A stretch of 64,000 bases of DNA from Coniocarpon cinnabarinum. Taxonomy: Eukaryota. Location of the stretch: the NCBI GenBank assembly GCA_051942205.1, contig JAVECO010000052.1:62001-126000 (forward strand), written 5' to 3'. Below, piece after piece: positions 62,201 through 64,000 of the stretch. The notes under the pieces are model-generated. The model saw only the letters and a list, made by a program, of their open reading frames with translations. It searched no databases and was not told the origin of the DNA. The position numbers and the translations under genes are program-made. Positions within the stretch are counted from its first letter, which is position 1. Each line of letters starts with the position of its first letter.

Positions 62201-62203
62201 TAG
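56292..62203 (+). CDS. FKS1: 1,3-beta-glucan synthase catalytic subunit; exons 56292-56651, 56707-61829, 61888-62203
   Basis: [70 protein letters not shown], many transmembrane helices and canonical introns. Confidence 0.99.
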
Positions 62204-62773
62204 ACGCTGTGAATAGATGTATGAGGACGACGGTGCAGTTCTGTCACTCGTTTTCCTCCATGATGTGTAATGGAAGACCTGGATCCTGCGAAACAGGCCA
62301 GGAACGACAATTTGATCAAACAAAAGGAGTATACAATGGAGAGGTGGCGATCTCTTGAGGTTTCCAAGTGAAGGTGGGAACGCATACGGGGGCGTTTTTG
62401 TTCACTCCTTTGTACTATGTAGAGATGGAGTGTTCACTTCTAACGGGATTCACACAAATACTCCTTTTGTCGGGTACATAATTAGAGCAGCAATCGAAAT
62501 CTGCAATTTGAATGTAAAATGGACTATACCACGATCGCACTGCTCTTCGATAGTTTCTGATGCTCTTGATAAAGTCATCGACAGATATGCTCTCAGGGGT
62601 CGATGTTGGTTGGTCGAGTGGTGTGTGAAGTGGTTGTGCCATACGGAAGACCCTGAAAACCTCGTACCTGAAACTGGCAAGACGCCTAATTTCCCGCGCG
62701 CCATTCACTCCTCTTCCACATATCCAACTTCACCAAGAAATGTCAGCACGATAACCAATCTTCCGACGTCACC

Positions 62774-64000
62774 ATGCTTTCGGAATCCATGGACTGGCAC
62801 GAGATCCCCGTCCTCGTCCAGAACAGCCTCCAAGACCTCGCCTGGCAAGCCCAGAAGATCCCGGGTTCCGCCATTGCGGTCCGCTACGTCAAGTCCAGCT
62901 ACCAGAATGACCCCGTTCGCTCCGCTATTGAGCTCTTTCTTTTTCTCTTCGCGCTGCGATATCTGCTGGCGCCTTCGTATTCGGTTAAGAAGGATAAGGG
63001 TTACGTGAAGTTGTCTGAGGACGTGAGTGCGATTGCGCCCTGCGATGCGCTTGATGCGCGGCGTGTGAATGAGGGGAGAAAGAGGAAGCAATTGACGTTG
63101 TACAGGAGATTGACGACCTTGTGGATGATTGGACGCCGGAGCCGCTTGTTTCTGCGCCTACGGCGTTTGAGGAAGCGGAGTTGGAGAAACGACCTGTCAT
63201 TGTTGGGTATGCCTTTCCCCTTCTCGCTACTTTCTCAACTCCTCTACGCAACGGCAACAGCGATAGCAACAGCAACTCAAGCAGATTGATAGATAGACAG
63301 ACAGATAGATCGCTAACATGTACACGCAGACCAACATCCCCCAAGACCAAACTCGCAAACGGTCGCACCGTCACAAACCTCGCCTCCCAAAACTTCTACG
63401 CCTTCGCGGATCAACCCGCGCTCAAAGAAAAAGCGGTCGCCACTTTAAGAGCATACGGGGTAGGACCGTGTTCGCCCCCCAACTTCTACGGCACCCAGGA
63501 CGTCCACATGAAAGCCGAAGCCGACATCGCCGCCCACATCGGCGTCAGCGCCTGTATCTTATACGCCCAAGCCTTGACCGCGATCCAAAGCGTGATACCC
63601 AGTTTCGCGAAGAGAGGCGATATCATAGTGTGTGACAAGGCGGTGAGCTATTCAGTACGGAAGGGCGTCCAGATTTCGAGGAGTACGGTTCGGTGGTTTG
63701 AGCACAATGATTATGAAGACCTCGAACGGGTGTTGGCGCGGGTCACGAAGGAGCAGAGAGCCAAGCCGCTGACGAGACGATTTATTGTCACTGAGGGCGT
63801 GTTTGAGAATGTGGGGGACATGGCGGATCTGCCGAAACTCGTGAGTTCTCTCGTTCTCCCACTCAATGACAAGCACAATGACCACAATTCATCCCGATTT
63901 TGCCCTGCCGAGCACTCTCTTGCGCCTCGAGTCACTTTCCCTCCTATTCGTCAATAGCGGGAGACTGACGTTTCACAGATCGACCTCAAACTCCGCTACA
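62774..64000 (+). CDS. LCB1: Serine palmitoyltransferase subunit 1, runs off the window; introns 63023-63105, 63207-63329, 63841-63978
   Basis: RYVKSSYQNDPVRSAIEL, EIDDLVDDWTPEPLV, YGVGPCSPPNFYGTQDVH, WFEHNDYEDLE, RRFIVTEGVFEN. Confidence 0.96.

Overview
Intron-containing DNA from a filamentous ascomycete (Pezizomycotina; GT-AG introns with CTRAC branch sites), so many six-frame ORFs are single exons or shadows. Core genes in order: HMG-CoA reductase (5' end outside the window), a Leu3/LeuB-like Zn2Cys6 factor, an 804-aa low-complexity protein, two tandem Myb/SANT genes, an NDUFAF3/Mth938-like protein, intein-less PRP8, RPL34, mitochondrial bL31m (MRPL36), a Pth11-like membrane protein, an EthD protein, a flavin-reductase-like protein, MED11, acrB, a GH72 glucanosyltransferase head-to-head with FKS1, and the 5' part of LCB1. 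Two gene-poor, TpA-rich (RIP-like) stretches lie at about 3.6-8.9 kb and 39.5-46.2 kb. The second holds aldo-keto reductase and pyroglutamyl-peptidase pseudogenes and two related, oppositely oriented minisatellite arrays. The best leads are a probable GUG start in the second Myb gene, Ala in place of the conserved Phe of FKS1 echinocandin hot spot 1, an intron 7 nt from the empty PRP8 intein site, and the inverted arrays around a gene relic. I cannot establish a new multi-gene system from the sequence alone. Family calls come from recognising motifs, not from database searches.
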